A stretch of DNA of 61,848 bases, counting the filler, from Limisphaerales bacterium (GTDB lineage: Bacteria > Verrucomicrobiota > Verrucomicrobiia > Limisphaerales > SIBE01), in NCBI GenBank assembly GCA_044225505.1. It is 2 parts of 2 records of this genome, joined end to end, with 100 filler letters (N's around TTAATTAATTAA, not from the genome) between each part and the next. Parts side by side here need not be neighbours in the genome. Positions count along the whole stretch, not along the records: positions 1 to 30,941 come from JBGAIN010000095.1; 1 more part is not named here. One strand, given 5' to 3'. Of the stretch, positions 10,712 to 21,190 are shown in pieces. How positions within the stretch are numbered: position 1 is the stretch's first letter; each line of letters begins with the position of its first letter. The notes beneath the pieces are model-generated. The model was not told where the DNA came from and made no database searches. It saw nothing but the letters and a program-made list of their open reading frames with translations. The position numbers and the translations under genes are program-made.

Positions 10712-11080
10712 GCGAGGAAAGTAAAGGCCGAGCGTGGCAAAGCAAGTGAGTTCTCATCTCCAGAACTTCTCGGCACGCGCTCGGAATCACGATAACTCAC
10801 TCAGCAATAGAGAGTTAATTATTTCCGCCGCAGACTAGACTTGGCTCGCCTCGCCCTGTCACGTGCCCAGGCTTCACCGGCCATTGACGGCGTTTGATGG
10901 CCCGAGCAAGTCCTCCGGATTCGAAACTCGAGGAGTTGTTCATGCGTGACATTTCCGCTCTCCTGCCGGACCGCGCTTCACTCCCATCGCTCGTTTAAAC
11001 TGCTTTGGGGCTGTTCCGAGTTGCCGAATCCGGGTTCAAGGTTGAAAGTCTTTCGCTTGTTTGTCATCAACCGTGCTGCT

Positions 11081-11329
11081 ATGAGAATCGCCAGTCGCCT
11101 GTTCGCCGTCGGTGTCGCGCTCGCCACGCTGGTAATGTGGCTTGGTGCCGGAGCCAATCGCGGATGGACGAAAACCAGTATCCCAATTAAAACCGTAGAT
11201 CCAGTGACGGGGCTTGAAGCCATCGAATATCAGAAGCGCTTCGTCCCAGGACTGGAGATTTTAGGAACCGCGTTGCTAGGAGCAGGAGCCCTGGCCGGTG
11301 TTTCCTTTTTGTTTCGTCGTAGAACTTAA
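11081..11329 (+). CDS. Small membrane protein (two hydrophobic segments), hypothetical
   Basis: MRIASRLFAVGVALATLVMWLG...GLEILGTALLGAGALAGVSFLFRRRT. Ends 4 bp before the YceI gene. Confidence 0.7.
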   Translation: MRIASRLFAVGVALATLVMWLGAGANRGWTKTSIPIKTVDPVTGLEAIEYQKRFVPGLEILGTALLGAGALAGVSFLFRRRT

Positions 11330-11333
11330 GAAC

Positions 11334-11954
11334 ATGAAATCTCAATGCCGCACGGTCTTGACCGTCGTGACCTTCAGTTTACTCGCCCATGCCGTTTTAG
11401 CCGGAACGCAAACGTTCGACTTTAAGGATCCCAAACAGGTCAACAACGTGACGTTTAAACTGGACGCCCCGCTGGAAGCGATTACGGGCAGCGCCAATGG
11501 CGTCAGCGGCACGGTAAGTTTCGACCCGGACCAACCCGCGGCCACAACCGGAAAGATCGTTGTCGCTGCCGCTTCCCTTCACGTGCCAAATCCAATGATG
11601 AAAGGGCACATGCAAGGTGAACAATGGATGGACGTCGCGAAGTATCCCGAACTCTCGTTTGAAGCCAAGGAGTTTAAGAACGTTAAAACGGTCGCGGGCT
11701 CCATTACCGCTGACGTCGCCGGGACTCTCTCTGTCCACGGCGTCGCGAAGGAAATGACCATTCCGGTAAAACTCGCTTACCTCAAAGACAAACTGAGTCA
11801 GCGAGTTCCCAATCAGAAAGGTGACCTGCTCGTGCTTCGATCGACCTTTTCGATTAAGCGCAGCGACTTTGGCATTAACCCGAAAGCGCCTGAAGACAAG
11901 GTCGCCGACACCATCGAGCTGACGTTGAGCATTGCGGGCTCCTCTCCGCGCTGA
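11334..11954 (+). CDS. YceI family (polyisoprenoid-binding) secreted protein
   Basis: Signal peptide, then H...W.DVAKYPELSF, GTLSVHGVAKE, IKRSDFGI. Confidence 0.9.
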   Translation: MKSQCRTVLTVVTFSLLAHAVLAGTQTFDFKDPKQVNNVTFKLDAPLEAITGSANGVSGTVSFDPDQPAATTGKIVVAAASLHVPNPMMKGHMQGEQWMDVAKYPELSFEAKEFKNVKTVAGSITADVAGTLSVHGVAKEMTIPVKLAYLKDKLSQRVPNQKGDLLVLRSTFSIKRSDFGINPKAPEDKVADTIELTLSIAGSSPR

Positions 11955-11986
11955 GCATTCACATCGATCAGGACAGATTCGCTGGC

Positions 11987-12019
11987 TCGGGAGCGGCTAA
12001 TGATTTAAGCCGCTCCTGA
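11987..12019. terminator. 12-bp stem hairpin between convergent yceI and GNAT genes; possible bidirectional terminator
   Basis: TCGGGAGCGGCT-9 nt-AGCCGCTCCTGA. No clear U-tract. Confidence 0.4.
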
Positions 12020-12031
12020 TCCAGGCCCGAT

Positions 12032-12439
12032 TCAAAGGATGGCCGCTTCCGGCGGAAGGATCCACGCTTGGCGATGCGGTTGAAATCCCAACCGCGGGTA
12101 GTAATCCACGGCCTTCGGCGCGGCCAAAAGGATCATCGTGGCACGAGGCGCTTTCTCGCGAGTTCGAACGATCAACTCGCGGCCAATGCCTTGACGCTGA
12201 TAAGACAACCGCACCGCGAGGTCGGAGAGGTAGGTGCAGTAGCTAAAGTCGCTCACGCTTCGAGCAATTCCTACGAGGAGCGCCCCGTCCCAAGCCGTAA
12301 TCACCAGGTTGGCGTTCTGCAGCATTTCTTCCATGCGTGCGCGGTCGTCCACTGGCCGCCGCTCGCCCAGTGTCGAAGCTCGGTAAAGCTCAATGACCGG
12401 GTCGATACCAATTTGAGTTCCAGCTCTATACTCGATCAT
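12032..12439 (-). CDS. GNAT family N-acetyltransferase
   Basis: YLSDLAVRLSYQRQGIGRELI (motif A) and YYPRLGF. Confidence 0.9.
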   Translation of the reverse strand: MIEYRAGTQIGIDPVIELYRASTLGERRPVDDRARMEEMLQNANLVITAWDGALLVGIARSVSDFSYCTYLSDLAVRLSYQRQGIGRELIVRTREKAPRATMILLAAPKAVDYYPRLGFQPHRQAWILPPEAAIL

Positions 12440-12638
12440 TTCGCTAGTAGAGTCGAAATTCGTCCGCGGAACAAGTCGTGAGCCTCCGTTCCAGTAAGCT
12501 TCCCTGGAACAGTTTATGGCTCCTTGGCGCGAGCCTGTGAATTCGAAAATGGTCGCGAGACACTTCCCGCTCTAGCGCGCGTCGTCATCTTCAGGGCGGC
12601 ACCGATACCCGAAAAAGGTATGCGCCTTGTCTAACTTC

Positions 12639-14222
12639 ATGGAAACTTACGCCATGGAAACGCCAGAGGCCCGACCAAAAAACCTCGCGGCTATGGAGAG
12701 TCTGGATCAATTCCGGGAACTTTTTGAGCTCAATCCGTATCCGATTTTTGTTGTGGCAGATGATCAAACTCTGATCGTCAACAAGGCGTTCTTAGATCTT
12801 TCCGGAGGCGTGTCTACCCGTGGGGTAATTGGTGGTTCCATCCTGGAGCACTTTGAAATGGAGTCGCGGCACGAAATTGCGGATTTATTGCGGAAAAGCC
12901 AGGGAGACCCAACTCCCGCTCGCCCAGTCCGAGGCCTGATGCGCCGTTTGGATGGGAAACCGCTCGAGGTTGAAGTTACGGCGGCGGGTTTATCGTGGAA
13001 GGACGGTCTGGCAGTACAGGCTATCGTCCGAGATGTTACCGAGCGAGGCCGCCTGGAACGCGACCTGCACAGCATTGAAAAGGATATCCACACAGTGATG
13101 GATAAAGTGTCCAACTTCGCTCTCTTCAGGCTCGACGCCCAAGGTCGGGTCGCGAGTTGGAATCTCGGTGCGCAACGAAGCTTTGGCTACACAGCGCCGG
13201 AAATACTTCAACAACAGTTTGAGGTTCTCTTTACCGACGAAGACCGAAGGAACGGGGCCCCTGCTCGGGAACTCAGTCAGGCCTCCGAATCGGGTATCGC
13301 CCGGGACGAACGCTGGCACAGACGCAAGGATGGCAGAACGTTTTTTGTTAATGGCCTTCTCGTCGCTGTCCGCGATGACTCAGGAGAGTTAACAGGTTTT
13401 ACCAAGATCGCCCAAGACAACACGGAACGGAAACTCGCGGAGAACGCGCTTCGCGAGAGCGAGAGCCGATACCGCGAACTGTCAGAACAACTTGAGCAGC
13501 ACGTGGCCGAACGGACGCGTCACTTGGAACAGAGCATCCAAACTTGGGAAAGCTTCTGCTATAGTATTGCCCATGACCTGCGTGCGCCGCTGCGGACGAT
13601 CTCCGGGTTTGCCGGAGCACTGCTCGAGGAATATGGGACGCACTTGGACCCTACGGGCCGCGAGTACGCCGAGCGAATGATGGCAGCCGCCCAGAGGATG
13701 GACGAGTTCATCCAGGACCTGCTCGATTTCGGACGATTAGCGCACGCCGATTTACCTCGCCGCGAAGTGGACCTTGAACAAATCGTGCGGCACGCTCTGG
13801 AGGAACTTGGACCAGAGATAGCGCTATCTAAGGCGGAAGTCCGTTTGGCTGTCCCGTTTCCCAAAGTCTATGCCAACGCCGCAGCGTTGAACCAAGTTAT
13901 CACCAATCTTCTAACCAATGCGTTCAAGTTTGTCGCTCCGGGCGGCGCTCCACGAGTGGAAATTCGTGCTGAAGATCGGTCGTCGGAAGTTCGCTTTTGG
14001 ATTCAGGACCATGGGATCGGCATCAACCCGGAATACCACCAACAGATCTTTGGACTCTTCGAACGTTTGCACCCGCGATCGACCTACCCAGGAACAGGAG
14101 TCGGCTTAGCCATCGTGCAGAAAGCGGTGGAACGGATGGGAGGTCAGGTGGGCATCGAGTCCATGCCAGGCCAAGGGAGCACTTTCTGGGTGGAATTACC
14201 GAAACCCGGACCCCGATCTTAA
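12639..14222 (+). CDS. Cytoplasmic PAS-PAS sensor histidine kinase
   Basis: Two PAS/PAC domains (IVRDVTER, WHRRKDG.F, IAQDNTER), H-box SIAHDLRAPLR, NLLTNAFKF, GTGVGLAIV. Start could be 12627, 12639 or 12654. Confidence 0.9.
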   Translation: METYAMETPEARPKNLAAMESLDQFRELFELNPYPIFVVADDQTLIVNKAFLDLSGGVSTRGVIGGSILEHFEMESRHEIADLLRKSQGDPTPARPVRGLMRRLDGKPLEVEVTAAGLSWKDGLAVQAIVRDVTERGRLERDLHSIEKDIHTVMDKVSNFALFRLDAQGRVASWNLGAQRSFGYTAPEILQQQFEVLFTDEDRRNGAPARELSQASESGIARDERWHRRKDGRTFFVNGLLVAVRDDSGELTGFTKIAQDNTERKLAENALRESESRYRELSEQLEQHVAERTRHLEQSIQTWESFCYSIAHDLRAPLRTISGFAGALLEEYGTHLDPTGREYAERMMAAAQRMDEFIQDLLDFGRLAHADLPRREVDLEQIVRHALEELGPEIALSKAEVRLAVPFPKVYANAAALNQVITNLLTNAFKFVAPGGAPRVEIRAEDRSSEVRFWIQDHGIGINPEYHQQIFGLFERLHPRSTYPGTGVGLAIVQKAVERMGGQVGIESMPGQGSTFWVELPKPGPRS

Positions 14223-14314
14223 GGTGTGCGCCAACGCGGACACCACATCGAAATCGGGCCGCGTCTGCCCTGCGGGCGACTTTCCCGAGGATGGCCGCCG
14301 AACTTTTTCACGGT

Positions 14315-15862
14315 CTAATCGCGTTCCGGCGGAACGTTGCCGTAAGACCATGGTTGACGAAATGGCGACGCTGTCGGGAACTCGGGTGGCGGATCCGACT
14401 TCATTCCGCGCGCCAAAGTCAAACCCAGGCTCAGAATCTCCTCTCCGGCGTTAATATCCAAGTTGCTATAGCTCGTGAGGCGCGTCTCGTATCCCCCGCC
14501 GGAGGATTCGAACGCTTCCAGCGTCGGGACGTATCCGACGCATCCATTTGCCAATTCCACCGGAAAGGTAAACGGGAACCCGGATCCTTTCTTCATTCGC
14601 AAGCCAAACTCGACAAAGTATTCTGCCGGGTTTGAAATCAAGACCAGGGGGCCGATCTGGATCGCTTGCACTTCCACGGGGACGGTTGGAGCACGTTTTA
14701 TCAAAGCGTCCAAAAGGAGCGTCTCCTTCGCAAAGGTCCAGACGGTCGCAGCCACGTTCGTTCGATTACGTTCTACGATTCGCATCGCTTCGAGCACACG
14801 TTCCGGCCGCGGAATCCTCCGTTTTATGGAAGTCACTTGACTGACCGAATCCAGACGAACGTAATTTGTCTTGGGAATTGCCAGAAGCACGCGAACGGCC
14901 TCGGCGCCGACTCGTCCGCCCACGCGCCGCGCCCAGTCTTCCGGAGGGGGGTTTTGATACGGGCTCAAGTTGTCAACCTGTGTGATATCGCCGCAGGCCC
15001 CCTGCAAGAAGATTATCGGCACAGGCGCGTCCAGAGCGCCGCGGATTGTCTTTTCCAGATAATAGATCCAATTCGACGAAATACCGCCGGGATTGGTCGT
15101 TGCATGACACGCAAAATTCACGATGCACCCGACCAGCTTTCCTTGTTTGTCCCAAGCTCCAACCACGCCCACTTCCGGGTCGATTGGGCCGGCATACCCC
15201 GCAATGTCGGGATTCCCCTGCCCTGGATGACTCCAGGTCTGTCCACTCTTCATCCTCAGGCGACGGTTAAAGCTAACCTTGTCTTCGGTGCCCCGGCCAA
15301 ATCCGCATTCCACGTTCGCACGCGCTGCATTGGCTTCAACGACGGCTTCTACAATCCGTTTACGCACCAACTCGAGGTAAGTCGCATTCGCACCGGAGGA
15401 CTCCTCGTAGGCTAAACGCTGGACGAGTGGCGATGCGAAATCGAATTCACCGGGCTGCACCATGCCGATCGGGCCCGAGGAATGCGAATGAGATGCGCCA
15501 ATGAGGACCGCGCTTGGTTCCAGCCCGCACGCTTGCCGGATCTCTTCGCGGGCGGCCTCCACCAGAGGCCGTGGGACAATCAGGGCATCGACACCGACCA
15601 ACGCAACGCGACGTTGGCCATCGTCAAACACCGCAACTCGAACTTTGCACGGATCATGGAACTTGGTGTGAAACGATTTCCCATAACCGCCCGGTTCTTC
15701 CATGCCGATGGACGGACTGATATCGCGCTCGGAAAACCCGGCCTGAATGGGCTTCAGTTCGGCCGCCGAGGCCTCGGGCAAGAGTCCTGCCACGCTCGCT
15801 CCCAGGCAGCACATTCGAGCGAGTTTCAGCCGAATGTGTCGCAAGATCACAGTGCACTCCAT
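14315..15862 (-). CDS. Secreted neutral/alkaline ceramidase-like hydrolase
   Basis: GFSERDISP, HDP, ASHSHSSGP, NFACHAT, FLQGACGDI, PAEYF, ELANG.VGYVPT...GGYE. Exact start uncertain. Confidence 0.7.
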   Translation of the reverse strand: MECTVILRHIRLKLARMCCLGASVAGLLPEASAAELKPIQAGFSERDISPSIGMEEPGGYGKSFHTKFHDPCKVRVAVFDDGQRRVALVGVDALIVPRPLVEAAREEIRQACGLEPSAVLIGASHSHSSGPIGMVQPGEFDFASPLVQRLAYEESSGANATYLELVRKRIVEAVVEANAARANVECGFGRGTEDKVSFNRRLRMKSGQTWSHPGQGNPDIAGYAGPIDPEVGVVGAWDKQGKLVGCIVNFACHATTNPGGISSNWIYYLEKTIRGALDAPVPIIFLQGACGDITQVDNLSPYQNPPPEDWARRVGGRVGAEAVRVLLAIPKTNYVRLDSVSQVTSIKRRIPRPERVLEAMRIVERNRTNVAATVWTFAKETLLLDALIKRAPTVPVEVQAIQIGPLVLISNPAEYFVEFGLRMKKGSGFPFTFPVELANGCVGYVPTLEAFESSGGGYETRLTSYSNLDINAGEEILSLGLTLARGMKSDPPPEFPTASPFRQPWSYGNVPPERD

Positions 15863-15890
15863 AAGCTATGGCTTTTCCGTTTGTGGGATC

Positions 15891-17951
15891 CTACCGCTCG
15901 GTTCCAGAGACGGTAGCCCTTTTTGATTTAGGGCGAACTCCTACCTCGGCGATGTTGATAGGCTTAAACCCAAGCGACAACGCCGGCGATGTGGGTAGCA
16001 AGGTAAAGTCGTAAGTCGCGGGTGAAACGAACTGCGGATCAGCGATGATCGAATGAACGTCATGACCGCGGGCACGCCAGGCCTGCAAACTTTCGCTGCC
16101 GAATTTTAGCATCTCCTCCGAGGCTCCCGGGCGCGCGTCAAAGTAAACGTTCGAATCGACGACAAAGTGCGTTCCTTTCCAATTGCTGCCCAACAGCTCT
16201 CCTGAATCGAAGTAGACAATGTTGTTTGTAAAGAAAAACGACGTGTGCTCTTCCTCTCTCGTCCGCATCATTTGCCGCTCGCGTCCAAATGCGAAGATGT
16301 TGTTTCGCACGACGTTTTCCCGGCCGTAATGCTGATGGAACCCGGCGCTTTTGGTTCGGTAGACCACGTTGTTCTCCCAAACCGTCCCGGTCGTTCCTTC
16401 GTCCGGGTAAAGTCCCCACCCCCCGTAGGTGAACGAATTAACGTCGTGAATCAGATTATTCCTAACGACTGTCCCCCGTTGAATCCCTAACGTGTAGACC
16501 GCTCCCATATCGCTCAGCATCCATTGGCCAATGTCGTGCATGTGATTGAATTCAACGATGTTGTCGTGACAAGGCGTTTCCTGATAACCCCAATTCCAGC
16601 CAACCGACACGGCGGTGTAGTAGAGATCGTGAATGTGATTATGCGCGAGGCGGTTTTTGCTGCTCTGCAACACAAAGATTCCCACCGCAGGGGGATAAAC
16701 TCGTCCCAATCGATGAATATGGTTATCCGTGATGACCTGCCCAAGATTGCTCTCAAAGCCCTCGGGACGTTTCGCCGTTTCCCCCACCCGAATGCCTCCG
16801 CCCCCTAAATCCACCATCTCGTTTCCGATGATCAGGTTGTTTTGGCAACCTCGACCCAATTCCAAGGCATATCCACCCAAGTGCGCGAATGTGCAATCCT
16901 CAATCCGGCAGTCGACTGCTCCTTCCGCACGCACATCGCCATGCACTTCGATAGCCGCTTGGGTATCGGCGTAGCCATTCTTGCCGAACGTCCAGTCTGT
17001 ATGACTGAAGGTCAATCCGCGGAGCACCAGGTTTCGGACTGGCTTCGTTTTGCTGAAATCGCCCGCGATCAATAGCAACTCGTCGAGACGCGACGCGATG
17101 ACCTCCGATCGAGTCAGATCTTCACCGCGACTCCCTTGATAAAGGAGAACTCCGGTTTTCCTATCCAAGAACCATTCGCCCGGTTGGTCGAGAGCATCTC
17201 GCGCATTCTCGATATAGAATCGCGCGTTGCTTTCCTGGTTTGATTCTCTCGGGTCACCGGCCAGTTTGGCCACACCGGCCACTTCATCGACTTCACGAAT
17301 CGGCATGCGCAAGTCGGCCCAGGCCAGCAACGCCACCAGTTCAACATCCTCGGCGTCAGCCCACGCTTTTTTGATGTCCCCGGGATGAAACTTAATGCGA
17401 ACGGGTTTGTCTTGTGGGCTTGCTCCGATCACGCGGAAATAACCGTCGTTCGGCGTTCGAGCGCGTTGTTTGCGCACCCCATCGACAAACAGCTGCCGGA
17501 AGTACCAACGGCCATCCGCGACCTCCGGGATTTCCGTCTGCCACAAGTTCGGCTGGTCCGGAACCCGGTGCCACCCCAAAACCCGGCGACCACCGCTCAA
17601 GACGGGCTTCTCGCCCGGGTACGCTTCAATTGTGAATGGCTGGTCTGCGCTGAATCCGGAATCGTCGGGCAGCAACTTTACCGGCTGGCTCAATTCGTAT
17701 CGCCCCTCCCGGAGCGACAGGCTTATGGCACCCGTCGCTTGTCCATCGCGTCGAAGCGCTCGAACTGCTTGCAGCGCTCCTTCCAAGGAAGCTTTTGGTC
17801 CGTCGCTCCGGTCCGCGGAAGGCCTCTCCAAACGGCCGGACCATTGCTCATTGCCGCCAGTCGCGACGAACAAGCGCGTTGAGTCGGCAGCGGCGGCCCT
17901 GAAGGCTAAGATTGAGCCGAGGACAAAGTGGCAGAGGTGCTTGGTAAACAT
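15891..17951 (-). CDS. Secreted right-handed beta-helix protein (GH141-like glycoside hydrolase candidate)
   Basis: Signal peptide, FVATGGN..WSG, RQLFVDG.R..RARTPN, LDQPGEWFLD, parallel beta-helix repeats, SDMGAVYTLG, GLYPDEG. Confidence 0.75.
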   Translation of the reverse strand: MFTKHLCHFVLGSILAFRAAAADSTRLFVATGGNEQWSGRLERPSADRSDGPKASLEGALQAVRALRRDGQATGAISLSLREGRYELSQPVKLLPDDSGFSADQPFTIEAYPGEKPVLSGGRRVLGWHRVPDQPNLWQTEIPEVADGRWYFRQLFVDGVRKQRARTPNDGYFRVIGASPQDKPVRIKFHPGDIKKAWADAEDVELVALLAWADLRMPIREVDEVAGVAKLAGDPRESNQESNARFYIENARDALDQPGEWFLDRKTGVLLYQGSRGEDLTRSEVIASRLDELLLIAGDFSKTKPVRNLVLRGLTFSHTDWTFGKNGYADTQAAIEVHGDVRAEGAVDCRIEDCTFAHLGGYALELGRGCQNNLIIGNEMVDLGGGGIRVGETAKRPEGFESNLGQVITDNHIHRLGRVYPPAVGIFVLQSSKNRLAHNHIHDLYYTAVSVGWNWGYQETPCHDNIVEFNHMHDIGQWMLSDMGAVYTLGIQRGTVVRNNLIHDVNSFTYGGWGLYPDEGTTGTVWENNVVYRTKSAGFHQHYGRENVVRNNIFAFGRERQMMRTREEEHTSFFFTNNIVYFDSGELLGSNWKGTHFVVDSNVYFDARPGASEEMLKFGSESLQAWRARGHDVHSIIADPQFVSPATYDFTLLPTSPALSLGFKPINIAEVGVRPKSKRATVSGTER

Positions 17952-18062
17952 ACGTTACATCAAGTGACTCCACGGCAAGAAACATCACACGCGCCAGCGA
18001 CGATCCAGGTGCAATCGCCCCGGAGCGTTGGAAACGAACCCTGCCGCATGGTCGCTAGACCA

Positions 18063-19799
18063 TCACGAATCCTGCAGTTTGGCCAGCTCGGTCTGAACTA
18101 ATTGCACGAGCGGCCGCACGGTGCGATCACTGAAATCAAACTGACATCCCGCCGCCTCGAACAGTCGAGGCAATGGCTGCGAACCGCCGAGACGCAGTCC
18201 TGCCTGATACGCGCGCAAGGCCTGGGCTTTGTCACGCTTGGAGTTCGCCCACACCTGCAGTGCTCCCAGTTGCGCAATCCCATACTCCACATAATAAAAC
18301 GGATGGATGAAGATATGCAGCTGCCGATGCCAGAGGTTTTCCCGAACCGCTTCAAAGCCATTCCAATCGACGCCTCCCCCAAACCGGCGCATCAACTCTT
18401 TCCAAGCTGTTGTGCGTTCCGCGCGGCTGTGACCGGGATGGGTATAGATCCAGTGCTGGAATGCATCCACCGTCGCAATCCAAGGGAAGATTTCGATAAT
18501 CCCTTCCAAATGGTCACGGCGGGCCCGTTTGGCGTCGCCTGGACTATAAAAATTCTCGATGAACTCGTTCCCCAACAGTTCCATACTCATCGAGGCCACC
18601 TCGCAGAATTCGATCGGTGCGCCCCGGTAGGCATAGAGATCCTCGTCCCGCGTGGCGAGCGCGTGAAAGGCATGTCCCGCTTCGTGGAGAATTGTCTCCA
18701 CATCACGCTGGACTCCGACTGCGTTCATAAAAATGAAAGGCAGTCGGGATTCAGACAGGGTCGATTGGTATCCTCCAGGCGCTTTCCCCTTCCGATTGTC
18801 GAGATCCAACAAGCGCAAATCCTGCATGGTCCGAAATCCTGCGGACAACTCAGGATCCAACTGATCAAAAATCGCCTGCGTGTTCGAAACCATCGTCTGG
18901 ACCTTCTCGAAGGGCCGTAACGGCGGGCGATTTTCCGGATCGACCGCCAAATCCCACGGTCGAAGCGACGAAAGTTTCAATTGCCGGCGTCGTTCTTCCT
19001 GCAATTGATTTAGCGCCGGCATGACTTCCTTCTCGATGGCATCGTGGAAGCGCGCGCAATCTTCTGCGGTGTAGTCAAAGCGGCCCCGCGCTCGAAACGC
19101 GTAGTCACGGTAGTTGCTAAAACCTGCATTACCGGCAATGCGTTCACGCAAGCGGAGAAGTTGCTCAAAGATGTCCTCGAACTTATCCGCTTCTTCCAGT
19201 CGCCGCTTGGCGACCAGCCGCCACGCTTCTTCCCGCAAGCTTCGGTCTGGCTCTTCGAGATAGCGCCCCATCTGCACGAGCGTTTTTTCTTCACCCCGAA
19301 ACTGCACGGTCAATGAGCCGCTGAGTTTCTGGTACTGTTGGGAAAGCTTCGATTCTTCGGTTTCCAGAGGAACGTTCTCGGGCCGGAATAACTCCACCTG
19401 CACGCGCGTATTTCGGTCAAATACAGCGTAGCGATCCTGGGGCAGTTTGCTGCGTAACGAATGCGCGAGATACGCTTCGGCCAGTTTGAACTGGCGAGGC
19501 TTGAGTTGAGGTTCGATCTCTTCCACAAACTGCAAATACGATTTCTCGGCCTCGGTATTGTCGGTGTGACAAGTCATCGCGATATATCGTTTGGACGACT
19601 CCTCATCCAACGCCGCACTCAATTCGCCGCCGTCCACGAGCCACTGCTCAAGCTCAGACACTGTCTGACACTGGCTCGCTCGCAGATCCAGGTAATCAAA
19701 TAAAGGCGCGATTTCCCGCCAATCTCCTAAATTGATCCCTTCAGGAACGAAGCGACGGGGCTGATACGCCGGAAGTTTGTCAAATGGCAACAGATTCAT
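18063..19799 (-). CDS. M3 family oligoendopeptidase (PepF-like)
   Basis: HEAGHAFH zinc motif, KGKAPGGY, EVASMSME, HIFIHPFYYVEYGIAQLGA. Confidence 0.92.
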   Translation of the reverse strand: MNLLPFDKLPAYQPRRFVPEGINLGDWREIAPLFDYLDLRASQCQTVSELEQWLVDGGELSAALDEESSKRYIAMTCHTDNTEAEKSYLQFVEEIEPQLKPRQFKLAEAYLAHSLRSKLPQDRYAVFDRNTRVQVELFRPENVPLETEESKLSQQYQKLSGSLTVQFRGEEKTLVQMGRYLEEPDRSLREEAWRLVAKRRLEEADKFEDIFEQLLRLRERIAGNAGFSNYRDYAFRARGRFDYTAEDCARFHDAIEKEVMPALNQLQEERRRQLKLSSLRPWDLAVDPENRPPLRPFEKVQTMVSNTQAIFDQLDPELSAGFRTMQDLRLLDLDNRKGKAPGGYQSTLSESRLPFIFMNAVGVQRDVETILHEAGHAFHALATRDEDLYAYRGAPIEFCEVASMSMELLGNEFIENFYSPGDAKRARRDHLEGIIEIFPWIATVDAFQHWIYTHPGHSRAERTTAWKELMRRFGGGVDWNGFEAVRENLWHRQLHIFIHPFYYVEYGIAQLGALQVWANSKRDKAQALRAYQAGLRLGGSQPLPRLFEAAGCQFDFSDRTVRPLVQLVQTELAKLQDS

Positions 19800-20041
19800 C
19801 GGCCAGCAACATACCGCAAACTCGGCCAATGGAAATCAGTTTTGCCAATAGCTCCCAAGCCGCTGCGACACCATTACTTCATCCGCTCCAAGCCCAGACC
19901 GGCCGACGGCCTGTCGACCCCAAAGCGTCTTGATCCTCTCGACCGGCTCCCCATCTCTGGGGCACTCGGGATCGTGGCCTCCTTCCGGGCACTATCCGTC
20001 CCTCCCGCAGTATGGTATCAAATCGGGAAACGAGAGAATGC

Positions 20042-21073
20042 ATGGACGAGCACCTCCAACGGGAAACCGCCAATCTGACGAAATCCTGGATGCAGCATGA
20101 CGCCTCGATGCTGCGCGATTATCTCGTGAGCGGAGTGGAAGACCCGCGCATCAATGTGCAGAGCCTATTGAGCAGGCACTACCTGATTGAAGCGCTTTGC
20201 GGAAACCGCTTTCATAGGCTCGTCGAGCAAGAACTCCGCTTTGCTCTGGTCATGAACTGGGCTGTTCAAGTCGGCACCCAAGCCGCGAGTTCGGAAGATT
20301 TTCTGGCCATACGACACGCGCTCGATGTCGGCGCCGAGGATGCCGAAGGAATTGCCGTGCCCAAGTTTGTCTCCGCTACGCGATCCCTTTTGCCAGAGAC
20401 GCTCGGCGATCCGGTGGTGCCAAACTATATCGATGAATGGCTCCAAGATGCTGCAGGCACCTCGGGAGAATCGCGCCCCAGCGAAGCGATCCTGCTGACC
20501 TTTCAACGCCTGTGGACCCAAGCCCTCCCCTCTGAACCATCGACTTCTACTAGCCTCCTGGAGCTGGCTTGCGGCTCTGCCAATGATTACCGATTCCTGC
20601 ACGCGTATGGACTTACGCGATTAGTGGACTACACGGGATTTGACCTTTGTGAAAAGAACATTGCCAACGCCCGAGCCCTGTTTCCATCCGCCCGGTTTGC
20701 CGTCGGTAACGCCTTGGCCATCGACTCTGAGGATCGCGCTTTCGACTATGGCCTCGTGCACGATCTTTTCGAACACCTTTCGCTGGCTGGACTCGAGCGA
20801 TCCGCGGCAGAGCTTTCCCGTGTGACTCGTCGAGGGTTGTGCCTGGGCTTTTTTAACGTTTATGAAGGCGACGATCATCGCGTTCACCCAGTCGAGGACT
20901 ACCACTGGAATCAGCTTAGCCTTCCGCGCCTCCGTGAGCTTTTCGGGAGTCACGGTTTCAACGTGCAAGTAATCCATATCGACACGTTCTTGAAATGGCG
21001 GTTTGGCTGCTCTGAAACTCATAACAAACAAGCGTATACGCTCTTTGCCGAGCGTTCCGACTCCGCGAGCTGA
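20042..21073 (+). CDS. Class I SAM-dependent methyltransferase with N-terminal helical extension
   Basis: LLELACGSAND motif I, YTGFDL, FDY...HDLFEHL. Confidence 0.75.
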   Translation: MDEHLQRETANLTKSWMQHDASMLRDYLVSGVEDPRINVQSLLSRHYLIEALCGNRFHRLVEQELRFALVMNWAVQVGTQAASSEDFLAIRHALDVGAEDAEGIAVPKFVSATRSLLPETLGDPVVPNYIDEWLQDAAGTSGESRPSEAILLTFQRLWTQALPSEPSTSTSLLELACGSANDYRFLHAYGLTRLVDYTGFDLCEKNIANARALFPSARFAVGNALAIDSEDRAFDYGLVHDLFEHLSLAGLERSAAELSRVTRRGLCLGFFNVYEGDDHRVHPVEDYHWNQLSLPRLRELFGSHGFNVQVIHIDTFLKWRFGCSETHNKQAYTLFAERSDSAS

Positions 21074-21190
21074 GGTGCCACCGCTATTTCGCCCGGGATT
21101 CAGACGCTCGCTGCTGCCGTAGAAACTGAACGACCTCTCCCGCCAGCCTCGACGCGCGAGACGCCAGATGTTATGGACCCACAGAACACG

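Noticed and set aside
10712..11080. Glycine riboswitch upstream of gcvP
   Set aside because: A GGAGAG occurs on the minus strand, but the CCGAAG and CTCTCAGG elements of the aptamer are not there.
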